Shown here piece after piece: positions 40,879 through 51,872 of a stretch of DNA of 64,000 bases (positions are counted from its first letter, which is position 1; every line of letters starts with the position of its first letter). The notes beneath the pieces were generated by a model that had not been told where the DNA came from, made no database searches, and saw only the letters and a program-made list of their open reading frames with translations. Origin of the DNA: Planctomycetota bacterium (lineage in GTDB: Bacteria > Planctomycetota > UBA1135 > UBA2386); contig JBCBZB010000012.1 of assembly GCA_039815565.1 (NCBI GenBank), forward strand, positions 5,072 through 69,071. The letters run 5' to 3'. The translations under genes were made by a program, and so were the position numbers.

Positions 40879-42624
40879 ATGGCGGATCTGCGATGGGAGA
40901 ACTTCGATCCGGACGCGTTCGATCGCGCCCGGCGTGAGAACCGACCGATTCTGTTGGTCCTCACGAAACCCTGGTGCACGGTCTGCCGAGCGCTGTTGGA
41001 TGGACCGTTTCGGAGTGACGAGGTGCTCCAAGTGGCGCGCGACCGCTTCGTCCCGATTCGTGTCGACGCCGAGCGAAGACCGGACGTCAACGAACGCTAC
41101 GGCCTCGGCGAGTGGCCGACCGTCGCCTACCTGACCCCCGACGGCGAACTGCTCAAGCAGCACGGCAGGCTCGAAGCAGCCGAGCTTCAAGCCGAGCTCC
41201 AGTCGGTCGCCGACTACTTCGCCGGAAACCAGGGCGAGATCGAGGAACGGCTGCAGTCACTTTGGGCCTCGCAGGAAGCCGGCGAAGAGATCCGCCGCCA
41301 GCGCCAAGGCGAACTCAACAAGCAGATCATCGAGGACATCCGGCAAGCGCTCTACTCGGGCTTCGACCACAAGTACGGCGGCTGGGGCGACAAGGAGAAG
41401 TTCCCACACCCCGAGGCGATCGACTTCGCGTTGATCCTGTTCCAGAAGCAGAACGATCCGCAGATGCGCGAGGTCGCGCAGCTAACCCTCGACAAGACGA
41501 TCGAGGGCGCTGTGCACGATTCGATCGACGGCGGTTTCTTCCGCTACTCGAAGACCCCCGACTGGCGCCGCCCGAACTTCGAGAAGCTGCTCGACTCGAA
41601 CGCGCTGAAGCTCCGCAACTTGCTGGAGGCCGGACAGATCTTCGACCAGCCGCACTACCACTCCGCTGCGCGCGGCATCGTCAGCTGGATGACGGGCCGC
41701 ATGATGGATCCGGATAGCGGCGCGTTCTTCGGCTCCCAGGACGCCGACCCCGACTACTACCTGGGCGATCGCGCGGCCCGCGAGGATCGCGAGCCCCCGC
41801 ACATCGACAAGACCATCTACACCGACAGCAACGCGATCACGATCAGCGCCCTGTTGAAGGCCGCCGTGGTGCTCGATCAGCCAGAACTGCGCACAGTGGC
41901 TCACCGCGCGCTGGACTTCCTGCTGCGCGAACTCGTCGACGAGAGCCAAGGCGTCTTCCACTACTGGGATGGCACCTACCACCTGCCAGGCCTTCTCAGC
42001 GACCAGGCCTACCTCATCCGCGCCTTGATCGACATGGCGCAGCACACCGGCAACAGCGACCTGCTGCTGCCCGCGGAGCGGATCGCAGAGCAGGCGATCG
42101 CGCGTCAGCGGGCTCCGGGTGGAGGCTTCTTCGACATCCTCCACGATCCGAGCAACCGTGGATCGATGAAGCGCCGGAACCGGAGCATCTTGGAGAACTC
42201 GGTCATGGCCGAGTCCCTCCTACGCCTGTCGAGCCTCGCGCGTCGCCCGGAGTTCCACGACGAGGCGGTCTCGACGCTCGCAGCTTTCACCGGGGACTAC
42301 CGCGAGTACGGTCATTTCGTCGCCGCCTACGGCCGCGCGGTCGACCTGCTCTTCTACGAGCCGTTGATGATCACCGTCGTCGGCGACCGGGAGACCGAGG
42401 AAGCCGACGCACTGCGTCGCACCGCTCTGCAACCGTACGTGCCCTCGCGGATCGTCCAGATGCTCGATCCGAAGCACGACCCGATCCTCCTCGAACGCGC
42501 GAAGTTCGAAGTCGAGGACGCGCCGGTCGCCTACCTCGAACTCGGTCGCGAGATCCGTGCGACCGCGCGCAGCGAACGCGAACTTCTCGAGGCGATCGCC
42601 GGCCTCGAGGAAGCGCGACGCTGA
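40879..42624 (+). CDS. Thioredoxin-domain protein YyaL (DUF255 plus six-hairpin glycosidase-like domain)
   Basis: N-terminal Trx-like KPWCTVCRAL. GGF blocks GGFFRYS and GGGFFD. 581 aa. Confidence 0.8.
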   Translation: MADLRWENFDPDAFDRARRENRPILLVLTKPWCTVCRALLDGPFRSDEVLQVARDRFVPIRVDAERRPDVNERYGLGEWPTVAYLTPDGELLKQHGRLEAAELQAELQSVADYFAGNQGEIEERLQSLWASQEAGEEIRRQRQGELNKQIIEDIRQALYSGFDHKYGGWGDKEKFPHPEAIDFALILFQKQNDPQMREVAQLTLDKTIEGAVHDSIDGGFFRYSKTPDWRRPNFEKLLDSNALKLRNLLEAGQIFDQPHYHSAARGIVSWMTGRMMDPDSGAFFGSQDADPDYYLGDRAAREDREPPHIDKTIYTDSNAITISALLKAAVVLDQPELRTVAHRALDFLLRELVDESQGVFHYWDGTYHLPGLLSDQAYLIRALIDMAQHTGNSDLLLPAERIAEQAIARQRAPGGGFFDILHDPSNRGSMKRRNRSILENSVMAESLLRLSSLARRPEFHDEAVSTLAAFTGDYREYGHFVAAYGRAVDLLFYEPLMITVVGDRETEEADALRRTALQPYVPSRIVQMLDPKHDPILLERAKFEVEDAPVAYLELGREIRATARSERELLEAIAGLEEARR

Positions 42625-43331
42625 CGACCGGGTCGGGAATCCCGACACGGGACAGCGTGTTCGATCGACGATCGACCGCAACCGAACTGAACTGACCCCT
42701 CTCGGTGTTGGGACGGAGAATTCACCGGCTGGTCGCTCTGTCGGAGTCTTGCCCGAGGTCACGATCTTTCCCAACCACTTGGGGCGGCGAAGGCTCTGCA
42801 CGACGCCAGTCGCTGCCATGACCGAATCAGTCGGGAAGCAATCCAGGCGGCCTCTCGGGCGACTTGTGGCCATCCGCAAGTCGCGGGCGTTCGAGGTGCT
42901 ACGGCGACGACCTCGAAGTGAAAGAGAACGCCGTGCGCCCGCAGTTTGAGCTGCGGTGAGGTCAGGTCATCAGGCTGTGGACCGGCCTGCACCACCTCGG
43001 AGGGCCTCCCTCGTTCCCAGTGCCCCGAGACCGTCCTGGGTCACCGAGAAACGTCGTGAACTCCTCTGAGCCGCAGTCCGACCAACACGGGCCGAGGGCA
43101 GTTCACAACCGAACCCAGTTCGCTTCGCGCCGAGCCGTAATACGCGACGGTCGAACCCAAGACCTGCGGCCTGGAGGCGCTCGAGTCTCACCTTCATTGA
43201 TCGAACGCACGTGACATGCGCGCTACAAAATCGCCGTGCCACTTCGTCGGATTCGCGCGTAGGGGCACGCGCCGGCGACAGCTGAATGCATTCGTGCGGC
43301 TCCTCGACAGACCTGCATCCTCGAACGTCGC

Positions 43332-46121
43332 ATGACCCTCAAGCTCTGGACCATCGTCGCCACGACGATCAGCATCTGCTGTGCGAGCAGTTGCTTGTCC
43401 GCTCAGACGAACCTGCCGACCGGGTTCGTCGAGGAAGCCGTTCTCCAGGCCGGCGACGACCCCGCGACCTTCGCGTTCTCGCCGAACGGCCACCTGTACT
43501 TCGGCGAACGGATCCAAGGACGGCTGTTCGTGTCGCTTCCGGACCCGACCGCACCGACCGGCTGGTCGACACCCTCGAACCCGTTCTTCTCATTCGACGT
43601 CCCCAGCGACGGCAACGGCAATCCACGACGCCACCGCAGTTCCGGTCTTCGTGACATCGCGTTCCACCCAAACTTCCCGAACGAGCCTTGGGTCTACGCG
43701 TTCTTCATGCGCGATCAGCCTCGGCACAATCGAGTCGTGCGCGTCCGCGCCTCGGCGTCGAACCCGACGATGGCCGTGCCCGGTTCGCTGCAGGTGCTGA
43801 TCGACCTGCCCTTCAACAACAGCGGGTCCTCCGGCTCTCACAATGGAGGTGCCCTCGAGTTCGGCCCTGACGGAAAGCTCTACATCGCGACCGGAGATGG
43901 CTGGACCGGCGGTGACTCGGTGCAGACCCTGTCGACCTGGACTGGCAAGGTCCTCCGCCTGAACCCAGACGGATCGATCCCGAACGACAATCCGTTCTTC
44001 AGCGTCGCGAACGGCAACTTCCGCGCGATCTACGCACTCGGCTGCCGCAATCCGTTCTCGATGTCCGCGGACCCGTCCGACGGCACACTGTTCCTCAACG
44101 AGACCATCGGTCCGAACAAGACCAACATCTATCGGGTCTCCGCCGCAGCGAACTTCGAACACCAGGGCTTCGCGGGCATCGGCGTGCCCACCCAACCGTT
44201 CGTCGCGGCCAACAATGGCGGACGAATCAATACCGGCGGCGCTTGGTACTCGCCCAGCTTCCCCGGCCAAACGGCCGCCTCGATGCCGTTCCCAACCCAA
44301 TACCAGGGCAGCTACTTCGTCGCACAGTGGGGCGGGAACGACGGCAGCGGGGCGGAGATCGCGCGTGTCCGATCGCGCACGAACCGGTCCGTCAGCACCT
44401 TCGCCTCCAACGTCGACCACGGCCCGGATGGCCGACCGATCCTGACGCGCGTCGGCCCGGACGGCCATCTCTACTACCTCGCCACCGACTACGAGACATC
44501 GAGCGGATCGATCTACCGCATCCGCTTCGACCCCATCGCCGCGGGCAACGCGATCGCCGTACCGACGATCGAGCCGAACGGCGGCACCTTCTCCGTGCTG
44601 CCACTGATCTCGCTCGACCACGTAAACCCGGCGGCCAACATCCGCTTCACGATCAACGGGTCCGAACCAACCGCATCCTCGTCGCTGTTCTCGCAACCGT
44701 TCGCGCTCCGGAAAGCCGCGACGCTCCGCACGCGCGCATTCGTGAACGGAATCCCCGGACCGGTCAACGCGGCGGCATTCGAGGTCGGCGTCGATGACAT
44801 CCCACCGGTGGCGATCGCCGGTCCGGACTTCATCTGGCCGCGAGGCCAACTTGTCACTTTGAACGGGTCCGCGAGCTACGACCCCGACGGCGACGATGCG
44901 GCGTTGATCGACAACTGGGTCCAGACCGGTGGGCCGGCTCTGCTGCCAGGCTTCGACGGAGGGGACTTCCTCAGCTACTTCAACCCGGCCCGTATCGGCA
45001 CCTACACGTTCCGCCTCGACGCGTCCGACGCCTCGACCACGACCAGTGAGGAGATCTCGATTCGCGTCGTTCCTTGCCTTCTCGAAGTCCTCGACGGACT
45101 CGCGGCACGCTGGCCGCTTTCCGAGGGAACCGGCTCGATGGCCGGTGACTCCAGCCCCGGAGCCGACCACGGAACCATCGAAGGCGCACGCTGGATCGCA
45201 CGCGGACCGCGCCCGCGAGATGCGTTCTCGCTGGACTTCGACGGTCAGGACGACCGCGTCACGATCCCGGAGTTCGATGCAACGGGCTCAGCACTGACCG
45301 TCAGCCTCTGGATCCGACCGGATGGTTTCGGCGTCGGTGACGCGCGACTCCTGTCGAAGTCCGAAGGCACCGACACAAACGACCACGACCTGATGCTGTC
45401 GACGATCCCGGACGGGCCGTCCCAGCACGTCGTTCGCGCGCGCCTGCGGACCTCGGGAACGACCCTCGAACTGCGGGCTCCGCCCGGCAACCCTCTCGTG
45501 GCCGGAACCTGGCAACACGTGGCACTGGTCTACAACGGAACGAACCTGCGCTTGTTCCAGAACGGGCAGCTCGTCGCTCAACGACCGATGAGCGGCAACC
45601 TGACCTTCAACCCGGCACGACTGCTGGCGATCGGCAACCAACCCGAGGGAGCTGGAAGCCGCCCCTTCGACGGCCGGATTTCGAACGTCCGCAGCTACGG
45701 CCGCGCGCTCACCCCAACGGAGATCCAGTTGCTCGCCTCGCCGGATCTCGGAACGATGCCGAGCCCTTGCGCCTGCGCGGACGACCTCGGTGGCCAATCG
45801 CCGAGCGGCGGCGCGTTGGTCGCGTGCACGAACCCGAACGGTTCGAGATCCCTGCGCATCGAAGGCGGCGCACCGGGCGCTCTCGCCGTGTTGCTCGTCG
45901 GTATCGCGCCGCTCAACCCGCGAACTCGACTCGGCCGCGGAGAGCTCGTCCCAGCCAACCCGCTTCCGGTCGGCCTGGCCGCCCCGATCAACTCGACCGG
46001 GACTCTGGAGATTCCGCTCCCGCGCTCGACCCGGACGACCACGCTCTATGTGCAGGTGGTCTACACAAACCCGGGTGCGGTCGGCTTCCAGGCAACCAAC
46101 GGCCTGGCACTCGACTTCTGA
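43332..46121 (+). CDS. Large secreted multidomain protein: PQQ-type sugar dehydrogenase (SGDH) beta-propeller plus Ig/PKD-like domains plus a LamG domain
   Basis: Signal peptide. SGDH motifs GLRDIAFHPNF and HNGGALEFGPDGKLYIATGDG. Middle Ig-like domains. C-terminal LamG signature TWQHVALVYNGTNLRLFQNG. Confidence 0.75.
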   Translation: MTLKLWTIVATTISICCASSCLSAQTNLPTGFVEEAVLQAGDDPATFAFSPNGHLYFGERIQGRLFVSLPDPTAPTGWSTPSNPFFSFDVPSDGNGNPRRHRSSGLRDIAFHPNFPNEPWVYAFFMRDQPRHNRVVRVRASASNPTMAVPGSLQVLIDLPFNNSGSSGSHNGGALEFGPDGKLYIATGDGWTGGDSVQTLSTWTGKVLRLNPDGSIPNDNPFFSVANGNFRAIYALGCRNPFSMSADPSDGTLFLNETIGPNKTNIYRVSAAANFEHQGFAGIGVPTQPFVAANNGGRINTGGAWYSPSFPGQTAASMPFPTQYQGSYFVAQWGGNDGSGAEIARVRSRTNRSVSTFASNVDHGPDGRPILTRVGPDGHLYYLATDYETSSGSIYRIRFDPIAAGNAIAVPTIEPNGGTFSVLPLISLDHVNPAANIRFTINGSEPTASSSLFSQPFALRKAATLRTRAFVNGIPGPVNAAAFEVGVDDIPPVAIAGPDFIWPRGQLVTLNGSASYDPDGDDAALIDNWVQTGGPALLPGFDGGDFLSYFNPARIGTYTFRLDASDASTTTSEEISIRVVPCLLEVLDGLAARWPLSEGTGSMAGDSSPGADHGTIEGARWIARGPRPRDAFSLDFDGQDDRVTIPEFDATGSALTVSLWIRPDGFGVGDARLLSKSEGTDTNDHDLMLSTIPDGPSQHVVRARLRTSGTTLELRAPPGNPLVAGTWQHVALVYNGTNLRLFQNGQLVAQRPMSGNLTFNPARLLAIGNQPEGAGSRPFDGRISNVRSYGRALTPTEIQLLASPDLGTMPSPCACADDLGGQSPSGGALVACTNPNGSRSLRIEGGAPGALAVLLVGIAPLNPRTRLGRGELVPANPLPVGLAAPINSTGTLEIPLPRSTRTTTLYVQVVYTNPGAVGFQATNGLALDF

Positions 46122-46148
46122 CCAAGTCGACAACCTCGTCGAACGGAC

Positions 46149-47633
46149 TCAGAAGAACGTCACTTCGAGACCACTCGTCGCCGAGAAGAGGCCGTTCGGA
46201 GCAGTCGCGTCCTGAACAAGACCCTGGAACGACAGCACCGCGCCGCTGAGTGCTGCCGTCGCAGGAAGCGGTAGCGGCACTCCAAACTCACCGTTCGCGC
46301 CACCGGTCAGGAACGAAACCGAGGCGAGTGGAGCCACGAGGATCTGGCACCCGAGGAAGTCGATGGGCGCGATCTGGTTCCCGATGTTCAACGCACCCAG
46401 AACGCCGGCCTGTCCAGCCTCAACAACGACCTGGTAGCTACGGTTGCCATTCCCACCGGGAGTCGGAGTCCGAAGCGTCGGAATCCCGTTCGCGCCTCCA
46501 CAGCCGAGGCCGAACTCGACTCGAACGTCCTGACCGTTCGTCTGGCCGAGGGTCGGCGAAGCGTCCACGTACCAGAACTCGGATCCCACGCCTTCGCCCC
46601 CGAACGAAATGGACCAACCTTCGACCGCCGGGAGGCTGACGGAATCGTTCGCGTCCGACCACTCACCGATTTGGATCGCCTGGTTGATGCGGGCCATGCC
46701 ACCGCCGAACGACATCGCGTCGACGATTCGATCGCTCGCCCCGAAGTCGAACCCACGGAAGAGCATCACCGTCTCCGCCGCGCTCAGCGGGGACAGAGTC
46801 GGCAGGAACCAGTCAGTCGCGGTGTTCGTTCCGGAGGCGGCAATGTGCAGTCGAACCACCTCTCCCTCATCGACCTCGATGGTCGGGAATTGCGCGTAGT
46901 CGAACGGAACACAGATCCACTGGTCGACCGGCGCATAGGGCGCGCCCGTCACGTTGCGGATTTCGATGATCTGGTTACCGGCATCCGGCCCCACAGGATC
47001 TACCAGGACCTCTTCGATCCGAAACGTTCCTTCGAGAGCCGCGTAATCGAGCGGTCCGTGAAGTCGACCACCGGTCGAGTCCTCGAGGCGGATCAGGAAC
47101 GTGTCCGACGTCGTCGAAATCACCTCGGACGCGCCGGTCCACAGGCCTTCGGACACCGCCTGTCCGCTGCGAAACAACGAGCTTCCAGCGGACCCTGAGG
47201 GCTGATTCCACTGCAGGTGATCGGTGATCAGGCTGCTGTTGCCGAATGAAACCGAGCCGTTCGCCCCGGGCCGGTAGAGCTGAATCCCGTAGGCATCCTG
47301 ATCGAGCGGAACCGCGAACGAACCGACCGCAGAACGATCCAGGCGGTCCGGATCTCCTGCCGGAGCATCGTTGTTGAAGTGAACGAACACCGAGGTTCCA
47401 GCCTCGAGGACGACGCCGTTCAGTCCAGACGTTGCCGAGTAGCGCCGCACCTCATTCGAGTCGTGCGAGCAAAACCTCCAGCCAGTCAGATCGAGGTCCG
47501 ACGAACCGAAGTTGAAGAGCTCGAGGACACCCGTATCGAAGTTCACACTGCGGATCTGCGCGTCGCGGGGGTCGGGCTGGGCGAAAGCGCTACTGATCAC
47601 AGTCAGCGCAACGAGGGGGAGTCGGAGGTTCAT
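46149..47633 (-). CDS. Secreted protein with two lamin-tail-domain (LTD)-like modules
   Basis: Signal peptide MNLRLPLVALTVISSAFAQ. LTD-like blocks LELFNFGSSDLDLTGWRF and RIEEVLVDPVGPDAGNQIIEIRNVTGAPY. Confidence 0.6.
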   Translation of the reverse strand: MNLRLPLVALTVISSAFAQPDPRDAQIRSVNFDTGVLELFNFGSSDLDLTGWRFCSHDSNEVRRYSATSGLNGVVLEAGTSVFVHFNNDAPAGDPDRLDRSAVGSFAVPLDQDAYGIQLYRPGANGSVSFGNSSLITDHLQWNQPSGSAGSSLFRSGQAVSEGLWTGASEVISTTSDTFLIRLEDSTGGRLHGPLDYAALEGTFRIEEVLVDPVGPDAGNQIIEIRNVTGAPYAPVDQWICVPFDYAQFPTIEVDEGEVVRLHIAASGTNTATDWFLPTLSPLSAAETVMLFRGFDFGASDRIVDAMSFGGGMARINQAIQIGEWSDANDSVSLPAVEGWSISFGGEGVGSEFWYVDASPTLGQTNGQDVRVEFGLGCGGANGIPTLRTPTPGGNGNRSYQVVVEAGQAGVLGALNIGNQIAPIDFLGCQILVAPLASVSFLTGGANGEFGVPLPLPATAALSGAVLSFQGLVQDATAPNGLFSATSGLEVTFF

Positions 47634-47844
47634 CTCGAGGTCCTGGGAGTCGGAGCGTGCGACCGAACGTCGCGCATCGCGTGGAGGGTAAGAATCGCCC
47701 CCGCGTGACACGAACTCTCAAAAACCCGCAGGATCCGGCCCGAATCGAGGCTCGCGCCCGAGCCGGTCCACGGCGGGCTGCGTGAGGCCCACAGGCGAGT
47801 ATGTCGGCCGAGGGCATCGCACCCTCACGCCGAACGGCCAAGGC

Positions 47845-48384
47845 TCAGAACCAGTCGGGAGCGTCTTGGGGCTCACGCCCCATCGACTCAAGGATCAGGC
47901 CCTGAACGTAGGTCGGGTCGATGCTGAACTCCTTCAGCGTCTCGTAGCAGCTACCAGCGCGCACTGACATCAGCGCGATCGCGAGATGCTCGGGATCGAC
48001 GACCGAGTCCCCGAATTCGTCCGCGCACTCGCGAGCTCGCTCGAAGACGGTGCGGACGTGCCGGTTGAAGGGCTCCTGGTCCTCGCCCATCGACGGCTCG
48101 CGCGGCAGGCTATCGACATAGCCCGAGAACATGTCCGGGTCGATGTTCAGGTCCTTGAAGATGTGGTGGAGCCGAACGCTGGTGTCCTCACAGAGCCCGA
48201 AAACCAGATGGCCGGTCGCAACGGACCCGTCTTCGAGCTGCTCAGCCAGCTGCTTCGCCGATTCCACGGCCTTCAACGACTTGTCGGAGAACTTGTCCAG
48301 CATGCTCATCTCAGCCCCGGGCGAGCCCGATTCCAGGCCCAGCGGGGCCCCGTAGACTAACCCTCGGGGGTTCTCAAAGGTCAA
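47845..48384 (-). CDS. Stand-alone Clp N-terminal (Clp_N) repeat domain protein
   Basis: Two Clp_N repeats: GSVATGHLVFGL and VVDPEHLAIALM. Confidence 0.6.
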   Translation of the reverse strand: MTFENPRGLVYGAPLGLESGSPGAEMSMLDKFSDKSLKAVESAKQLAEQLEDGSVATGHLVFGLCEDTSVRLHHIFKDLNIDPDMFSGYVDSLPREPSMGEDQEPFNRHVRTVFERARECADEFGDSVVDPEHLAIALMSVRAGSCYETLKEFSIDPTYVQGLILESMGREPQDAPDWF

Positions 48385-48872
48385 CCTTTGGTCTCTCGAC
48401 GGGCGATTCGGGCGTCTCGACGCTGTTTCGCCTTCTCGTAGCGGCGCTCTTCCTCCCCGGTCTCCGGCAGAATCGGCGCGACCGGACGCGGCGTCCCGGT
48501 GTCCGAATCGAGGGCGACGAAGGTCAGGTAGGCCGAAGCCACATGGCTCCGGGCTCCGCTACCGCGGTGCTCGGCGTAGATCTTCACGCCGCACTCCATG
48601 GAGGTTCGATGGGCGTAGTTGACCGAGGCGTAGATCACCAGAACCCCACCCACGCGGACCGGCCGCTTGAAGTCGATCGAATCGACCGAGGCGGTGACCA
48701 CCGGTCCACTCGCATGGCGCCCGGCCGAGATCGCGGCCGCGATGTCGACCCAATGCATGATCCGGCCCCCCATCACGTTGCCGAGGGGGTTCGCGTCGTT
48801 CGGGAAGACGATCTCAGTCATCTCGGTCTTGGAGGCGGAGACTGGACGGCCTGGGAGCTTGGAATCGGTCAC
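48381..48872 (-). CDS. Acyl-CoA thioesterase (hotdog fold, YciA-like)
   Basis: FPNDANPLGNVMGGRIMHWVD...VTASVDSIDFKRPV is the YciA/Acot hotdog signature. Confidence 0.75.
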   Translation of the reverse strand: MTDSKLPGRPVSASKTEMTEIVFPNDANPLGNVMGGRIMHWVDIAAAISAGRHASGPVVTASVDSIDFKRPVRVGGVLVIYASVNYAHRTSMECGVKIYAEHRGSGARSHVASAYLTFVALDSDTGTPRPVAPILPETGEEERRYEKAKQRRDARIARRETKG

Positions 48873-48953
48873 GGATGGGCAGCAGGGTCGTGCGGATCAG
48901 AACGATCGGCCAGACCGAGGGCTGGAACAAGCCCGAGCCCGCCCGCGGCGCCG

Positions 48954-49367
48954 TTACCGCGGTGCGGCGGTGCCTTCGGTCTCGGGCGCCCAGGTCACGC
49001 CTTCCCGCTCGAACAGGGCCGCGAGGCCGTCGTTCATCGAGTAGAGCCCAAGCCAGACCTCGCGCTCCTCGAAGAGTTCGTAGCGGTAGAAGTTTCCCCA
49101 CTGATCGGCGTAACCGACCCACTGACCGCCGAGAGTCTCGACCTGCCAGCGACGGATGTCGTGCTCGACATCGACGATGACCCACTCGATCACGCGTCCG
49201 ATCGGATCGCCCTTGGCCGAGACCAGGTAGCTCTCCCCCTTGCGCACCGGGCGGGCCTGGAACTCCGTCGGGCGCGTTGGACCAGACTCACAGGCCGTGA
49301 GTGCCAGGAGCAGCACACTCCCGAAGGAGAGCCCGAGTAGATCCGTTCCAGCGTTTCGACCGCGCAT
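48954..49367 (-). CDS. Hypothetical lipoprotein
   Basis: Lipobox LLLALTAC. 137 aa. Confidence 0.5.
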   Translation of the reverse strand: MRGRNAGTDLLGLSFGSVLLLALTACESGPTRPTEFQARPVRKGESYLVSAKGDPIGRVIEWVIVDVEHDIRRWQVETLGGQWVGYADQWGNFYRYELFEEREVWLGLYSMNDGLAALFEREGVTWAPETEGTAAPR

Positions 49368-49459
49368 GATTCCGCTGCGCAGTGTAGCGAGCCGTTCTGC
49401 ATTTGGCTCGCGTCGTGACCGTGGCGCCGGCCCCCGGCAGCCGTCATCATCCCAAGTCC

Positions 49460-50646
<1,187 letters not shown>

Positions 50647-50650
<4 letters not shown>

Positions 50651-50952
50651 GCCGCCCCCGCCGCATCGAGGTCGTCGGGCAGGAGACAGAGTCTCCGCCC
50701 GAGAAGGCCCGGGCCGAGCGCCTGCGCTCCGACCGCCGAGGACTCCGAATCCTCGGTGAGATCGTTCTCTGGACCCTGGGAATCGCGGTCTTTCTGACGG
50801 TCGGGCGGATGTTGAACACGACCGCGCCCGGTCTCGTCGCCGGTCTGCGAGCGGTGCTCTTCAATCCCGTCGGTCTCGTCCTACTGTTCGGCGGCGGATT
50901 TGTCGCTCGTATCCTGCTGCGACGACGCCGCGAACGACTGCGCGAACGATGA
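50647..50952 (+). CDS. Small hypothetical membrane protein
   Basis: Two hydrophobic helices flanked by Arg-rich termini. ATGA overlaps on both sides, with kbl and with MetAP. Confidence 0.4.
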
Positions 50953-51872
50953 ACCCTCCTGACCTCGAAAAGCTGCGCCTCTCCGGCCGGATCTCCGCCA
51001 CGGCCCGCGAGCATGGCAAGACACTGATCCGCCCGGGCGCCAAGATGAGGCGCATCCAGGAGGAGGTCGAGGAGATGATCTACGACATGGGAGGCAAGCC
51101 AGCCTTCCCTGCCCAGCTGTCGCAGAACCACATCGCCGCCCACGACTGCTGCTCCCCCGACGACGAGCGCGAGATCGGCCCGACCGACATCGTGAAGCTC
51201 GATCTCGGGACTCAAGTCGACGGCTACGTCACTGACAACGCGACGACGGTCGACCTACAAAACGGCCCGAACTCGGCCCTAGTCCAGGCCAGCCAGATGG
51301 CGCTCGAGAATGCGATCGGCCTGATGGGCCCCGGCGCGTCGATCACCGAGATCGGCGGTGCGATCGAGACCACGATTCAGGCCTTCGGATTCCGCCCGGT
51401 CTACAACCTGACTGGGCACGGCGTTGCGCGCTACATCATCCACTGTGCGCCCTCGATCCCGAACTACCCGGACCCCAAGGCTCCGCGCCTGAAGGCCAAC
51501 CAGACGATCGCCTGCGAACCGTTCGCCTGTGACGGCAAGGGCGGCATCGAGGAAGCGGGCGTCGCCCAGGTCTTCGGCCTCAGCCGCAAACCCAAGCCGA
51601 AGGACAAGCTCCCCGACGACGTGATGCGCGCCCTCGAGTTCTGCGAGGGACTGCCCTTCGCCCGTCGCACGCTGCTCCGAACGCTCGAGGACCCGAGCCG
51701 CGTCGAAGAAGCGCTGAAGATGCTGAAGAAGGCGCGCCTGCTGCGTTCCTATCCGCCGCTGGTCGAGGCCAAGGGCGTCCGCGTCGCGCAGACCGAGCAC
51801 ACGATCTTCATCGGCGAAGAGGGAGCCGAAGTGCTGACCCGCGCACCGGAGAAGGTCCCGTCAGGAGGCTAG
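50949..51872 (+). CDS. map: Type II (archaeal/eukaryotic-type) methionine aminopeptidase
   Basis: M24 pita-bread fold. HAAPSIP-type block GHGVARYIIHCAPSIPNY. No MetAP1-type insert. Length of 307 aa is typical of archaeal-type MetAP2. Confidence 0.7.
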   Translation: MNPPDLEKLRLSGRISATAREHGKTLIRPGAKMRRIQEEVEEMIYDMGGKPAFPAQLSQNHIAAHDCCSPDDEREIGPTDIVKLDLGTQVDGYVTDNATTVDLQNGPNSALVQASQMALENAIGLMGPGASITEIGGAIETTIQAFGFRPVYNLTGHGVARYIIHCAPSIPNYPDPKAPRLKANQTIACEPFACDGKGGIEEAGVAQVFGLSRKPKPKDKLPDDVMRALEFCEGLPFARRTLLRTLEDPSRVEEALKMLKKARLLRSYPPLVEAKGVRVAQTEHTIFIGEEGAEVLTRAPEKVPSGG

